This document shows positions 47,354-57,344 of a DNA stretch of 64,000 nt, piece by piece; the stretch's first letter is position 1, and every line of letters begins with the position of its first letter. The notes beneath the pieces were generated by a model, which saw only the letters and a list, made by a program, of their open reading frames with translations, made no database searches and was not told the DNA's origin. The stretch is from a virus: IMG/VR virus record IMGVR_UViG_3300011432_000001, positions 1-64,000 of that record. One strand, 5' to 3'. Position numbers and translations under genes: made by a program.

Positions 47354-49180
47354 TTAGAATGAAACATAGACACCGAACTCGTTTGCATCTGGATGGGATC
47401 TTGGACGAATTCCCACCGATGCAGTCCCATACGTATTACCAGTTTGCTTGTTCTTAAGTCTTGGATAGCCATCCGAAGCGAAACTAGTAATGATCACTGG
47501 GATTCGCTTGATGTAATTCGGGTTGCCTTCAAAAGTCTTCTGTTGCAGGTAAACGCAGTGTAACCCTACCAGAGGTCGCCAGCCATGGGTATCGGCCGAG
47601 GCAACGCCTCCACTGACCTGTAAGGCTAGATCAGTTTCATTAACCCTATTTATTACTGGCACCGTGAACCCCACAATCACTCGCGCTAGGTCAATTTCAT
47701 TGACCTGTCCTACCAGTTTGGTCTTTATTCGCGCTATTGCATTGGCAGTGTTCGTTTCTACAATTTGAGATACTACCTTGACCTTAACGTGTGATATAGG
47801 TTGTGCAGTATTTGATTCAGTTACCATACTAACTGTGGTTGCTGTGCCAGCTCTGGTGACAGTGTCTGCGGTGTTAATCTCGGATATCAGACCAATTATT
47901 TTGGCCTTTTTGTGTGTCACTGGTTGAGCAGCACTGGTTTCTGATATTTGTGCTACCGTCCTAAGATGTACCCTCTTAACGATTTGTGCTATGTTGGATT
48001 CGGTTACTTGAGTTATTACCTTAATCTTACGATGTGATACTGTCTGTGCAATATTGGTCTCAGTAACTTGGCCTAGCAATTTTCGTTTTAGTTCCACAAG
48101 TGCTTGGGCAGCAGATGTTTCGGTTACTTGGGCAACCGCCCTGGATTTGCGTGGTGTGACAGTATTGGCCGTGCTCGTTTCGCTAACCAAACCAAGAAGT
48201 TTTTGCTTACGTTTAGTAACAGTCTGTGATGTGGAAGTTTCTGTTACTTGTCCAATGACGCCGGTTAGAATATGAACAGGAGTAATTGTCTGTGCTGAAT
48301 CTGATCCAGTCACCTGTCCGATTGCTTTACGTTTTACCTCTTGCACATTCTGTGCCGTGTCGGTACCAGTTATCTGTCCAAGCAACTTTGATTTAAGATG
48401 GGTGATTGCTTGTGCTGCATCAGTCTCTACAGTTTGTCCAACAGTCTGAGTTAGTCCACCCGCCTCTGTGCCGGGTACTCTTGCAATCCAAACACCTGCG
48501 TAACCGTCACCAGAATCGTTTGCTTTGACCAACTCAGTCCAAGTGAGTCCTCCACCGACAACGGTCATATTACATATTCCAACACCACCGTCAGAAGAGA
48601 CAATCGCTACAATTAACGATCCTGCTGGTGGAGTGAATATTGCAGTTGCCACAGTTTGAGCAGCATCAGTGGATACTGCTGTAGGTGCAGAGGCATGTTC
48701 AGCTAACGTACCAGAAGTTAAAATCTCAGCTTGGGAAATACCACCAGCTGTACCACTAGGAGCAGATGCACCAAGGGTTATAGGGCTTGACGCTGTAGTA
48801 GTTGCTGTTGAGCGATAAGTACCATAACAAGAGCCGTTTGTAACGTCAGATATATTCTGAATAAACGTGGTATTTGCTAACGCCGTCCATAAAGTGGTAC
48901 CATTGGCATTGACGATGGATCCATATACAATCGATCCACTGGCGTTCGGCGTTATACCCAACGATGGTGTAGTAATAACATTGGCAAAAGCAACTGCACC
49001 ATTTTGGGTTGCATGCGCACCTGTAAGAACTTTAACGGCAAGTGCCATGCCATTAAAGGTGGATCCACTTTGAGTTGCCCTAACATCCAGTTGTGAAAAA
49101 ACGCTCTGAAGAGCTACCGAAGATCTCCTTCGATACGAATATCTGGGGAGTAGTATCTTTGGACCTCTAAGGGCGCCCAT
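47354..49180 (-). CDS. large structural protein containing about 14 tandem 20-aa repeats (GQVTETxxAQxVxxxKxKLL)
   Basis: 60-nt periodicity visible between about 47590 and 48445. Confidence 0.55.
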   Translation of the reverse strand: MGALRGPKILLPRYSYRRRSSVALQSVFSQLDVRATQSGSTFNGMALAVKVLTGAHATQNGAVAFANVITTPSLGITPNASGSIVYGSIVNANGTTLWTALANTTFIQNISDVTNGSCYGTYRSTATTTASSPITLGASAPSGTAGGISQAEILTSGTLAEHASAPTAVSTDAAQTVATAIFTPPAGSLIVAIVSSDGGVGICNMTVVGGGLTWTELVKANDSGDGYAGVWIARVPGTEAGGLTQTVGQTVETDAAQAITHLKSKLLGQITGTDTAQNVQEVKRKAIGQVTGSDSAQTITPVHILTGVIGQVTETSTSQTVTKRKQKLLGLVSETSTANTVTPRKSRAVAQVTETSAAQALVELKRKLLGQVTETNIAQTVSHRKIKVITQVTESNIAQIVKRVHLRTVAQISETSAAQPVTHKKAKIIGLISEINTADTVTRAGTATTVSMVTESNTAQPISHVKVKVVSQIVETNTANAIARIKTKLVGQVNEIDLARVIVGFTVPVINRVNETDLALQVSGGVASADTHGWRPLVGLHCVYLQQKTFEGNPNYIKRIPVIITSFASDGYPRLKNKQTGNTYGTASVGIRPRSHPDANEFGVYVSF

Positions 49181-49183
49181 GTA

Positions 49184-49660
49184 TTAACCCTGTTCGACTA
49201 CATACAATGTACCTGACATAGTAAGTGAATCAGTAGGCGCAGCCATTAGTCTAACAACAATCAACGTATCTGCCTGGGACGCCTCCCATTCACAACCTTC
49301 TGGCAACCACAACGGCAAACCTGCGGCAATGTGAAAAACATCGGAGTGCAAGTTGATAGCTGTACCTGCCGTAGCCACAGTAGTGTTATTGGTCATGGCC
49401 GTAAAACCAGCCGCAGCACCAGACCTATTGAGCGGTCTCGGCGTTGGAGATGCTCCACCTGATCCCGTTGTCGCATGCCCACGAATCACTCTGTAACGTA
49501 GAATCTCTGATGCGGCATCTCCTAAATCGGACGACTGTCCCAAGAAAACGCCTATTATTTCAATCGGCTTGTCATCTGCGGGAGTAAGCTGAAAGAAATC
49601 GACTGCCGCAGTTACGGCAACACCTTCAAATTCTACCGTATAGACTCTATCTCTTGCCAT
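49184..49660 (-). CDS. hypothetical structural protein
   Basis: ORF. Confidence 0.45.
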   Translation of the reverse strand: MARDRVYTVEFEGVAVTAAVDFFQLTPADDKPIEIIGVFLGQSSDLGDAASEILRYRVIRGHATTGSGGASPTPRPLNRSGAAAGFTAMTNNTTVATAGTAINLHSDVFHIAAGLPLWLPEGCEWEASQADTLIVVRLMAAPTDSLTMSGTLYVVEQG

Positions 49661-49668
49661 ATTCTATC

Positions 49669-50385
49669 CTAACGAAATAGTAATCCAGATGGGCGACGTT
49701 TCCATGCCGGATAATCAGATGGTACAGAAGCGGCACCTTTAATGGCAATCTTAATAAGAGTCTTAAAGTTTGCTGTCAGGCTTAACGTCGCAGTGGTTGC
49801 TCCAGTAGAACCAATGGTTGCCTTGGTCCCGGTTGCCATTGCAAATCCGCCACCTAAGCCAGTAGCTACCCAGTTATCCATTTGCTCAGTCAATGAACCA
49901 AGATTTGCATTCGTCCATCCAGTAGCACCCGCTGTTGATGCAACATCTTGACCAGTGCCAAAAGCATCTAATATCAAACAATCTACAACAGTAGTCGTCA
50001 CAGCCGGAATTGATACTGATGTATCAGCAGTAAGCTCTGTTGTTGCTGAGATCACATCCCATGGGTTACCAGTATTGATAACGCCTCGCAGGATAATCAT
50101 ACGACCGCCCATATGATTACCTGCATCGGCAATTGAAGGTGTTGCTTCACTAGCGGTCAATCTACGCCAAAGTACGGATAGCTTTGTTGTTGTTCCAGAA
50201 GCTACGCTTGCACTTGTTACCAGAGCCCAGTTGGTGGGCGGTGTCACAGTATCTGCTAATTCAGTTTCAATGTATGATAAAGCAATATCATCAAGAACTG
50301 CTGTGTATCCACCTGGGTAGGGAACAATTAATGCTCCGGCGTTGCTCGCACCAGCTCCGACCCCCACAATCGTTGGAATTGCCAT
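49669..50385 (-). CDS. hypothetical structural protein (Thr/Ala/Gly-rich)
   Basis: ORF. Confidence 0.45.
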   Translation of the reverse strand: MAIPTIVGVGAGASNAGALIVPYPGGYTAVLDDIALSYIETELADTVTPPTNWALVTSASVASGTTTKLSVLWRRLTASEATPSIADAGNHMGGRMIILRGVINTGNPWDVISATTELTADTSVSIPAVTTTVVDCLILDAFGTGQDVASTAGATGWTNANLGSLTEQMDNWVATGLGGGFAMATGTKATIGSTGATTATLSLTANFKTLIKIAIKGAASVPSDYPAWKRRPSGLLFR

Positions 50386-50388
50386 ATC

Positions 50389-52494
50389 TTACGTTGCGTC
50401 TGGTTCTAGTCCGACAGAAGTGACCGTTGCAATGTCAACTGCACCAATTACCTGCTCGTATGTCGAATTAGGATCAACATAAACAGAACTTGGCACACCA
50501 CTAATGGTACAAGTGAAAGTAGCACCTCTTGTACCGGGAGGCGTAGTAACAAAATACGAAACTACACTAGCGGAATCTGTATCTTGGAAGACATCAACAG
50601 TGAAGTCAGAGCCTTCAATTTCGATGATCCGGTAGGTAGTCGCGCTAACTAGTGCTACCTCTGCATAGATGGCATGAATACCAATGTCTGGTGTTGCATC
50701 AGAGCTAAAACCGACTCTGAATGCCAAGGCGTCAAGTTTTGCTTGGGTCCAATCCTGCCTAGTGGCACCGCGCACCATGTTACAAACCCATGCAGGAGCT
50801 GTGGTACTTGCATCGAAAGCGTAATCTGCCGCGCCCTTCAATGTCATTTCATTAACACCATCGAAAGCGCGGAACCCAATAGTTGCTGCGGTTGTGGTTG
50901 CCGCCCAACCACATGCGAGCATTCTCACGCCACGGATGGACTTGTTAACGTTAGCAGCACTAATGGTAGTCATTGGAATTTCTACGTAATCAGTACCAGA
51001 AAGGTTGATCTGCGCCAAGCCATTAGCAGATGCGCCAATGACTGGAGGCAATTCTTTGATGGCATCGCGAGCCGTAGTTGCATCCCAAGCAGCCATTGTT
51101 CCATTGAGCGTGAATGTATTCCAGTTAGTCGTCGATCCGTTCACTGTTACTGTTCCAGAGGGATCAACCGTAAGAACCTGAATGCTCATATCACCAAGTG
51201 GGTAGTGACCACCCTGCTTTCCTACAACAACGTCATCATAACGTACAGTTGCAGTGCTGGACGCAGTCCAACCAAGACGAAGACTGAAACCAGTTGTTGC
51301 TACGACGGCACTTGACATTGTTGCTTGTGTTTGGTCAACCGGATCATTACCATCTATGTAAACAACATTCCAATCACAAGTCCAATCAGAAGTGCGCCCG
51401 TCTACTCGAAGATCAATACTAATCCAATTATCCGCAGTGACAACAGCATCGGAAACTATCTCACTACCGGTTCCTACCTTTATACCAATTTTCTGAGAAG
51501 AATTGATGTATCTACAAACAACCGTTTGTGCTGCTGCTGCGCCACCTGGTTCAACAATAAACAATACTACATCTGATGCTGGCAACGAAGTGGGAAAAAT
51601 AATCGACAGTCGCAACGGAATTTGGTTGCTTAGTGCAGACAATGTTCCAGCTTCTGACCAAAAGCAATTCTCTGCAGCAGCAGAAGACGATAGCTCAAGA
51701 CAATAGGTGCCCGTTCGTGGATTGGTGGTAACTATAGCAGGTGATCCGGTTATAGTGTCGAAAATACCTACTCCCAAGCCGGAACTAGTAGCAAGCCCAG
51801 CAATGGTACCAAATTCAAATCCAGTACAGGCCTCAACTTCAGCAGCCCGCTTTGCGTTTACCGCCGTATAGACTATCAACGCGGCAATGCTGTTCTGTCC
51901 TACGGGAGCAGTCTTAGTTGCTGTTGATGACCATAAGTTAGTAGACAAACTGAAAGCAGCCGATACTGATGTACCAATGCTCTTAGTGCCGTCGAAAGCA
52001 CCTTGCTCTGCAATTTCTGCAAGTCCACCAGTGTGGCCACTCCATGTGCCGGGGGTTGGAGATGTGGCATCCAAACAAGAATGGAAAGCTAATATAAGTC
52101 CATCAAAGGTGGAAGATGGGGAAGTAGTCAAAGCAGCTAACGTTGCGCCAGTGCCCTGTTGTACAGTTGGAGATGAGACATCCACTGGATTAAGTAGATC
52201 TAATGAATCTACTTCTATTACAATCCAATTGACTACTGCTGATGCAGAAGGTGCAATAGCCCACGAACTTTCTGCACCGACGTTAGACTTACGATAGAAT
52301 CCTCCTACTGGCGATCCAATCGTAAGAGCACGATCCCTAGTGAATCCTGATGGATCTACTACTGATCCGGATTGGGTTAGTATTAAAAGTACAGTGTTTC
52401 CTGGTGTGGTGGCTACTGGCAACGTCGCGTTGCCTGACGTACCTACGAACATCCCTGAGTTTTGCTGAATAATGTTGTCCACTGATAGTGGCAT
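50389..52494 (-). CDS. large fibre-like structural protein (701 aa, Thr/Ser/Gly/Ala-rich beta protein)
   Basis: Composition; lies within the structural operon. Confidence 0.5.
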   Translation of the reverse strand: MPLSVDNIIQQNSGMFVGTSGNATLPVATTPGNTVLLILTQSGSVVDPSGFTRDRALTIGSPVGGFYRKSNVGAESSWAIAPSASAVVNWIVIEVDSLDLLNPVDVSSPTVQQGTGATLAALTTSPSSTFDGLILAFHSCLDATSPTPGTWSGHTGGLAEIAEQGAFDGTKSIGTSVSAAFSLSTNLWSSTATKTAPVGQNSIAALIVYTAVNAKRAAEVEACTGFEFGTIAGLATSSGLGVGIFDTITGSPAIVTTNPRTGTYCLELSSSAAAENCFWSEAGTLSALSNQIPLRLSIIFPTSLPASDVVLFIVEPGGAAAAQTVVCRYINSSQKIGIKVGTGSEIVSDAVVTADNWISIDLRVDGRTSDWTCDWNVVYIDGNDPVDQTQATMSSAVVATTGFSLRLGWTASSTATVRYDDVVVGKQGGHYPLGDMSIQVLTVDPSGTVTVNGSTTNWNTFTLNGTMAAWDATTARDAIKELPPVIGASANGLAQINLSGTDYVEIPMTTISAANVNKSIRGVRMLACGWAATTTAATIGFRAFDGVNEMTLKGAADYAFDASTTAPAWVCNMVRGATRQDWTQAKLDALAFRVGFSSDATPDIGIHAIYAEVALVSATTYRIIEIEGSDFTVDVFQDTDSASVVSYFVTTPPGTRGATFTCTISGVPSSVYVDPNSTYEQVIGAVDIATVTSVGLEPDAT

Positions 52495-52506
52495 TTTATC
52501 TCCCTA

Positions 52507-53109
52507 TCACGATGCCCTAAAGAATCCTGATGTCGCTATCTGCGCAGTGATATCTGAACCATCGGGAGTTACAGTGAAATCATGGAGCGTCATGGGTACA
52601 ATGGCGGTGTCCGCACCGGCTGTGGAGTCTGAGTCATAGTTAGTAACGAAGTCATTCCAACCATCCCCCGCTACGACTGCTGTCCAAGTCTGATCCGGGA
52701 AGTCCACATCGGTACGATCGTTGGTGTCATCAACAGTGACAACGATTCCACCTGTGGCATTGTCCAAGACCTTACGTGCGTAACCTGAGTTGGTGACTTC
52801 GTTCGTGGTACCAGCTACCACTGCGGCGAGCGTGTCAACGTCAATAAGGGTGGCGTCTGATTCGATGCCAGCCGTGGCAAGGATACAGATCACAAATACT
52901 GCGTTCGCTGGATCGTTGAGATTCACACGATTAGCGAGTTCAACCACACGACCCTTGGCAATGTTAAAAGTGATGTTAGCCACTGACAGCCACCAACTTA
53001 ACTTGGAAGGTCCAATCCACACGCCAACCAGTTTCCTGCGTAGGATCCTCAACTCTATCTGGCTGACGAACGACTTTATAAACAACATTCCTGGATACAA
53101 ACTGTCCAT
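52507..53109 (-). CDS. hypothetical protein (start probably near 52983; the track start overlaps the upstream gene by 134 nt)
   Basis: ORF. Confidence 0.4.
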   Translation of the reverse strand: MDSLYPGMLFIKSFVSQIELRILRRKLVGVWIGPSKLSWWLSVANITFNIAKGRVVELANRVNLNDPANAVFVICILATAGIESDATLIDVDTLAAVVAGTTNEVTNSGYARKVLDNATGGIVVTVDDTNDRTDVDFPDQTWTAVVAGDGWNDFVTNYDSDSTAGADTAIVPMTLHDFTVTPDGSDITAQIATSGFFRAS

Positions 53110-53440
53110 CGTCAGGCAGTAGAAGATGGAGGTGAATTCTGTCGCACTGATGGAATGTATGGGTGGTAGACCATGGGTTGTTCACTGATCCGCCAGGCCT
53201 ATGTACGGTTCTATGATTTTCCCAATCAGCCCAACCGTCGGTTACAGCCTGTGCAACATAGTGCATGCCAATGGTATCCAGAGCAGGTAGATCACCTTGA
53301 TGGGTGACTCCCTTTAGTGGCCAAGCTTTAGGCTCATTCGTTTCCGGGTCCACCAACATTTTTTCTCCAGAGATAGGATCAAATCTCACAACGCGAGTTG
53401 ATCCGTCACTGTAATCCGCTAATTTGCGGAACCTAAACAT
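52976..53440 (-). CDS. hypothetical protein
   Basis: ORF. Confidence 0.45.
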   Translation of the reverse strand: MFRFRKLADYSDGSTRVVRFDPISGEKMLVDPETNEPKAWPLKGVTHQGDLPALDTIGMHYVAQAVTDGWADWENHRTVHRPGGSVNNPWSTTHTFHQCDRIHLHLLLPDDGQFVSRNVVYKVVRQPDRVEDPTQETGWRVDWTFQVKLVAVSG

Positions 53441-53451
53441 ATCTCACCTCA

Positions 53452-54027
53452 CTACCTATTAAAATAGGCACCGGTTTGTTTGGTCGTGGTGGCCCTAGGA
53501 ATTTGGGCTAGAACTGTTTTTGTACCCATGTTCTTGAACCGAGTGGCGTTGGTCGCCGCTGGTAGTGCACCAGCTGGAGTTACCACAGCGCCAGTGTCGA
53601 CGTATGTAGCGGTAGGTGCGGTAATAGTGGCAATAAAAAGTTCAGTTCCACCAGTACGGCCGTAGACTTTCCACGCAGTTGCGCGTGGGTAACTGACAAG
53701 GCCCGTGGTAAAGTTGATAGTCACGGAAGCTGTAGGACCAGTCACAGCAGCAGTCTTTGCCGCAGCTACCGGTGGAGTTTCGACGCCGTCAACAACAGCC
53801 GTAACCTTATAGGAATACGTGGCAGTGGCAAGAGTTCCGCCAGCACCTGAACCGGTGACCGTGAAATCACCCGCAGCAGGGACTGCGCCTTGCACTCCAG
53901 TGACTACTACATCTGTTGTGCCGCCAGCAGCATCTCGGTAAGTGACTACGTCGTTCATTTTTGCTACCCTGTTAACCATTCCAACCTCCTTACACGGAAA
54001 CCTGAGGAATGTTTTCCTGAGTGGCAA
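53452..54027 (-). CDS. FN3/Ig-like domain tail protein; may be a frameshift extension of the upstream gene
   Basis: YSYKVTAVVDGVETPP..ATAWKVYGRTGG; 38-nt out-of-frame overlap with 53990..55261. Confidence 0.4.
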   Translation of the reverse strand: MPLRKTFLRFPCKEVGMVNRVAKMNDVVTYRDAAGGTTDVVVTGVQGAVPAAGDFTVTGSGAGGTLATATYSYKVTAVVDGVETPPVAAAKTAAVTGPTASVTINFTTGLVSYPRATAWKVYGRTGGTELFIATITAPTATYVDTGAVVTPAGALPAATNATRFKNMGTKTVLAQIPRATTTKQTGAYFNR

Positions 54028-55261
54028 TCTCTATAGCATACGAATCGCCGCTAGCATCAATGACGTTCATGTATTCGATGGCGGCACGAACCAAGTCACC
54101 TTGTCCACTCAGACCTACTTCGTAGGTGTTCTTGATGGAGACGGGTGCGGTAACCTTGACTCGGTTATTTGCGGTTTTTTCCGCCTCAATGAAAATGGCC
54201 TGAGCTGTCAACGCTTTGAAGGCGTCGTAGTCATCACGATTGAAGAAGTCACGTTCCATGGTAATCGTAGATTCACGCTCACCAAACTTGACATATTGAG
54301 CACCACGCCCAGTGTTCTTCAAACGGAACTGAGGCTCTGCATTGTCATTGACAGTAAATTCGAAGGAATCCGTATCGAAGACCTGCGTACCTGCAATGTT
54401 TACTTCGTACTGTCCGGCACCGAACGGCTCAGTGGTGGTATAAACCGGAGAAGGCATTGCCTGCTCGATTTCATCACTTCCAATGATACTCATATTGAAC
54501 ATAAGCAGGCCATCAGAAGGAGTGACGGTAAATGAAGATACCACACAGCCAGTGTATCCGAATACTTCATTGTTGCGGACCACAGTCAACGATAGAGATA
54601 GTACTGGAGTGGCGTTTGGTGTTGGAAGGAAGGTATAAGTTATGTTCGGTCCAGCCACAACCTTGGTCGCTGCCACACGCGAAGCCAAAATGAAATAGAC
54701 AATGACATCTTCAAGGGCTTCCATTTCAATGTCGCCGTTGACATGGACGTTTCCATCCACACCACCAAGAACGTCCACGCTCTGGCGGATTGGACGACGC
54801 CACACTGTAGCTTGATCGAATTTCAATGATTCAGTGTTGAATGGAAAGAACTTGGTTGGTACATTATAAACACCGTAAGCGAAAGCTGTGTTGATTGTGG
54901 GGAAAGCACCAGATGGAACACCTACCGCGATATCATCATACAACAAAACAGCACCAACAGTGGCACGCAAAAGTTCAGTGTCTGTGGCTCCACCCGCAGC
55001 AGTACGATAAATCTTGTATCCTGTAGCTCCTGTTACAGCTCCCCAAGTAATATGAGCTGTCAGGTTAGCCGCAGCAGTAGTGACCGTCACCTCGTTACTA
55101 ACTGTTGATTCGCCTAGCGCACTAAGTGCAGTGACGTAGTATTTGTATGCACCAGCAGTAAGGGCACCACCAGATTGTGCGACTCCAGCAATAACAGGCG
55201 GCGTAAGTAACTCAATAGCAAGACCCATTAGGCCGCCGCCGCCAATACCAGGTTGAGTCAT
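53990..55261 (-). CDS. putative major tail protein with an FN3-like domain
   Basis: AYKYYVTALSALGES..GATGYKIYRTAAGG (FN3-like); lies after the head-tail joining genes. Confidence 0.45.
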   Translation of the reverse strand: MTQPGIGGGGLMGLAIELLTPPVIAGVAQSGGALTAGAYKYYVTALSALGESTVSNEVTVTTAAANLTAHITWGAVTGATGYKIYRTAAGGATDTELLRATVGAVLLYDDIAVGVPSGAFPTINTAFAYGVYNVPTKFFPFNTESLKFDQATVWRRPIRQSVDVLGGVDGNVHVNGDIEMEALEDVIVYFILASRVAATKVVAGPNITYTFLPTPNATPVLSLSLTVVRNNEVFGYTGCVVSSFTVTPSDGLLMFNMSIIGSDEIEQAMPSPVYTTTEPFGAGQYEVNIAGTQVFDTDSFEFTVNDNAEPQFRLKNTGRGAQYVKFGERESTITMERDFFNRDDYDAFKALTAQAIFIEAEKTANNRVKVTAPVSIKNTYEVGLSGQGDLVRAAIEYMNVIDASGDSYAIEIATQENIPQVSV

Positions 55262-55263
55262 AA

Positions 55264-55482
55264 TTACTCCAGGTCTAGTTTCTCATCGTCTTCCAGAATA
55301 TGTAGGACTACCTGAACGCCATTGGGCATCTTCACTTCGCCGAACTTGAGTTTTCGCTTGGCCTCAATCTTGACCATTTTAAACTCATCAATAACGTAAG
55401 GACGAAGCCTGGACACCGTTCCGACGTCGGGAATAAATCCTGATATTTCGGAAGTAATGACTGCCATAAGCTTCATAATCAT
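55264..55482 (-). CDS. small hypothetical protein
   Basis: ORF. Confidence 0.4.
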   Translation of the reverse strand: MIMKLMAVITSEISGFIPDVGTVSRLRPYVIDEFKMVKIEAKRKLKFGEVKMPNGVQVVLHILEDDEKLDLE

Positions 55483-55483
55483 C

Positions 55484-55936
55484 CTATGGTGTTAGATTAG
55501 TCTTGGATCGTCCAACGAATGTCATTTGAACCGTCCTGAACATAGAACCAGTTCTATACCTAATTCCAGGTTCCCATGTCGTAACAAAACCGTGAAAGAT
55601 CAACCCGCCCATGGTAGTGTTCTGATGTAGCAAATCTTCTATGGCTTCGGCCAATTGGTCCACTATCAATCTGCCAGCTTCTTCATCTATAACTATGTTC
55701 AAGTACACATTGATGAGGATTGGCATTTCGTTCATGGTTCTTCCACCTGGCTTTGCTACTCCATCAAGAGCCCTAGTTTTAGTGGCAGGCGTTACAGTTA
55801 CGGTTTTACCGCCTGGTATATTTTCATGCAATCCATATAGAACGTTATCAACATCCAACGCGACCTTATTAGTTTCAACAAGGCCCTGTATATATGTTGC
55901 CAATACTGTGCTCTTTTGTGTATGAGGCATAGGCAC
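55484..55936 (-). CDS. putative head-tail joining / tail terminator protein
   Basis: Position. Confidence 0.4.
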   Translation of the reverse strand: MPMPHTQKSTVLATYIQGLVETNKVALDVDNVLYGLHENIPGGKTVTVTPATKTRALDGVAKPGGRTMNEMPILINVYLNIVIDEEAGRLIVDQLAEAIEDLLHQNTTMGGLIFHGFVTTWEPGIRYRTGSMFRTVQMTFVGRSKTNLTP

Positions 55937-56500
55937 CTAAAATCCTTTAAAATCATAGGGCCAAAAATCTTTTTTATTTGTTACTTTACGGATCCACGAA
56001 TCAAAAACTACCGTAATTGCCTCAATGTCTTCTTGCTGCAAGACTGCAAATTGTCTCTGTGGAACGGTTCTAGTGCCAGCCTGATGATACTTAGCGTACG
56101 GGAAATGATTATCCAGGGCTTCCATGTCGGCACTGTAACCAGTAATTCTCCAATATGTACCACGCTTAACGGCCGAAACCAGGTTGCTAGTTCTAAAAAG
56201 TGGCTTCAATGCATACATGCTTGGAAATTGCTCAAATTTAAACGCAATTGTATCGTGTGTTAGTGGTTTCCAGGATGGTCGCCCACTTACTAGGAAGTTT
56301 TTCACCATAGATGGAATGATAACCAAATCAACTGATTGTTCGAGTGGCCATCGCATGTTGCCGAACTGCATAGCCATTCTATAAGTACTTGCTTTAATCA
56401 AATCTGCATTTATTAGGAATCCACGGATATCTATCTGGAATGGAAAATTCGCAATGGTAGATCTGGTAGGACCAAAGAGGTTAGTTCTGTTGGCAGGCAT
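55937..56500 (-). CDS. putative head-tail joining protein
   Basis: Position. Confidence 0.4.
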   Translation of the reverse strand: MPANRTNLFGPTRSTIANFPFQIDIRGFLINADLIKASTYRMAMQFGNMRWPLEQSVDLVIIPSMVKNFLVSGRPSWKPLTHDTIAFKFEQFPSMYALKPLFRTSNLVSAVKRGTYWRITGYSADMEALDNHFPYAKYHQAGTRTVPQRQFAVLQQEDIEAITVVFDSWIRKVTNKKDFWPYDFKGF

Positions 56501-56952
56501 CAGAAACTCTTACTCATACTAAAGTATGGTCCACCATATTCTGGGTTTTCAAATGTTGGCTCTAAATCTGAGCTTGCATTTGTTGGGAAGTAAGATGGGC
56601 CACGTGAAACGTCAGGTACTGGTTCATCTGGTATGACAATCCTACCTTCAATAATACCTGTAATTAGCATTTCAGCATTAGTCAGCAGTCGGGCTGCGTA
56701 ATCATTGCCTTCGTCCTGGTTTTCGCTGTAGAATCTATCGATCAGAATGGATGCATAAGTCTTAGAGATAATGGTTCTAACGAGTTTTGGTGTATTTGAA
56801 TCAGTGGTCCATCCAGAAGTGTCATAAACAACACCAAGTCTGGCCAATATTTCAGTTTCCATGTGTAATATTAGTTCAGTATCAAGGGAAGCTATGGTCA
56901 TTTTTGCAGGATCAAGCAACCCTTGCACTTCAGCTAATGTCACACGTGCCAT
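56500..56952 (-). CDS. putative head-tail connector/adaptor protein
   Basis: Position. Confidence 0.4.
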   Translation of the reverse strand: MARVTLAEVQGLLDPAKMTIASLDTELILHMETEILARLGVVYDTSGWTTDSNTPKLVRTIISKTYASILIDRFYSENQDEGNDYAARLLTNAEMLITGIIEGRIVIPDEPVPDVSRGPSYFPTNASSDLEPTFENPEYGGPYFSMSKSF

Positions 56953-56964
56953 TTAACTTCCTAA

Positions 56965-57333
56965 CTATGGCTTCTTAACTACAGCAGCAGCCTTCGCCGC
57001 AGCAGCAGCTTTTGCATCGTCAAGTGCTTTCTGCTTCGCCTCGGCATCAGATTGAGCCTTAGCCGCAGCCTTAGCAAGTTCAGCATTCTTACGCTCTTCG
57101 GCTTCCGACGCAGCTTCCTCTGGAGTCTTGGTACCAGAAAGAAGGTCCTTGAGAGCTTTACTGGTGTCTTCTTTCTTGGCAAGTTCAGATTCATCCACGA
57201 CTCGAACAGCACCACGCTCATAAAGGCGAAGCAGCTGCTCCTCAGTGAACTTCTTAACATCAATTTTCGTGTTAGTTTCAATACGCTCGCGATCATGCAT
57301 GATGAGCATGTTCGCGACGATAACCTTAGCCAT
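56965..57333 (-). CDS. Ala/Lys/Glu-rich small protein
   Basis: Low-complexity C-terminus AKAAAKAQSDAEAKQKALDDAKAAAAAKAAA. Confidence 0.4.
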   Translation of the reverse strand: MAKVIVANMLIMHDRERIETNTKIDVKKFTEEQLLRLYERGAVRVVDESELAKKEDTSKALKDLLSGTKTPEEAASEAEERKNAELAKAAAKAQSDAEAKQKALDDAKAAAAAKAAAVVKKP

Positions 57334-57344
57334 TAAGATTCTCC

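Noticed and set aside
50674-54535. Several plus-strand ORFs (50674-51315, 51887-52297, 53942-54535) in the late region
   Set aside because: They are embedded antisense in long minus-strand structural genes that form a tightly coupled operon. They have no RBS and odd, Cys-rich compositions.
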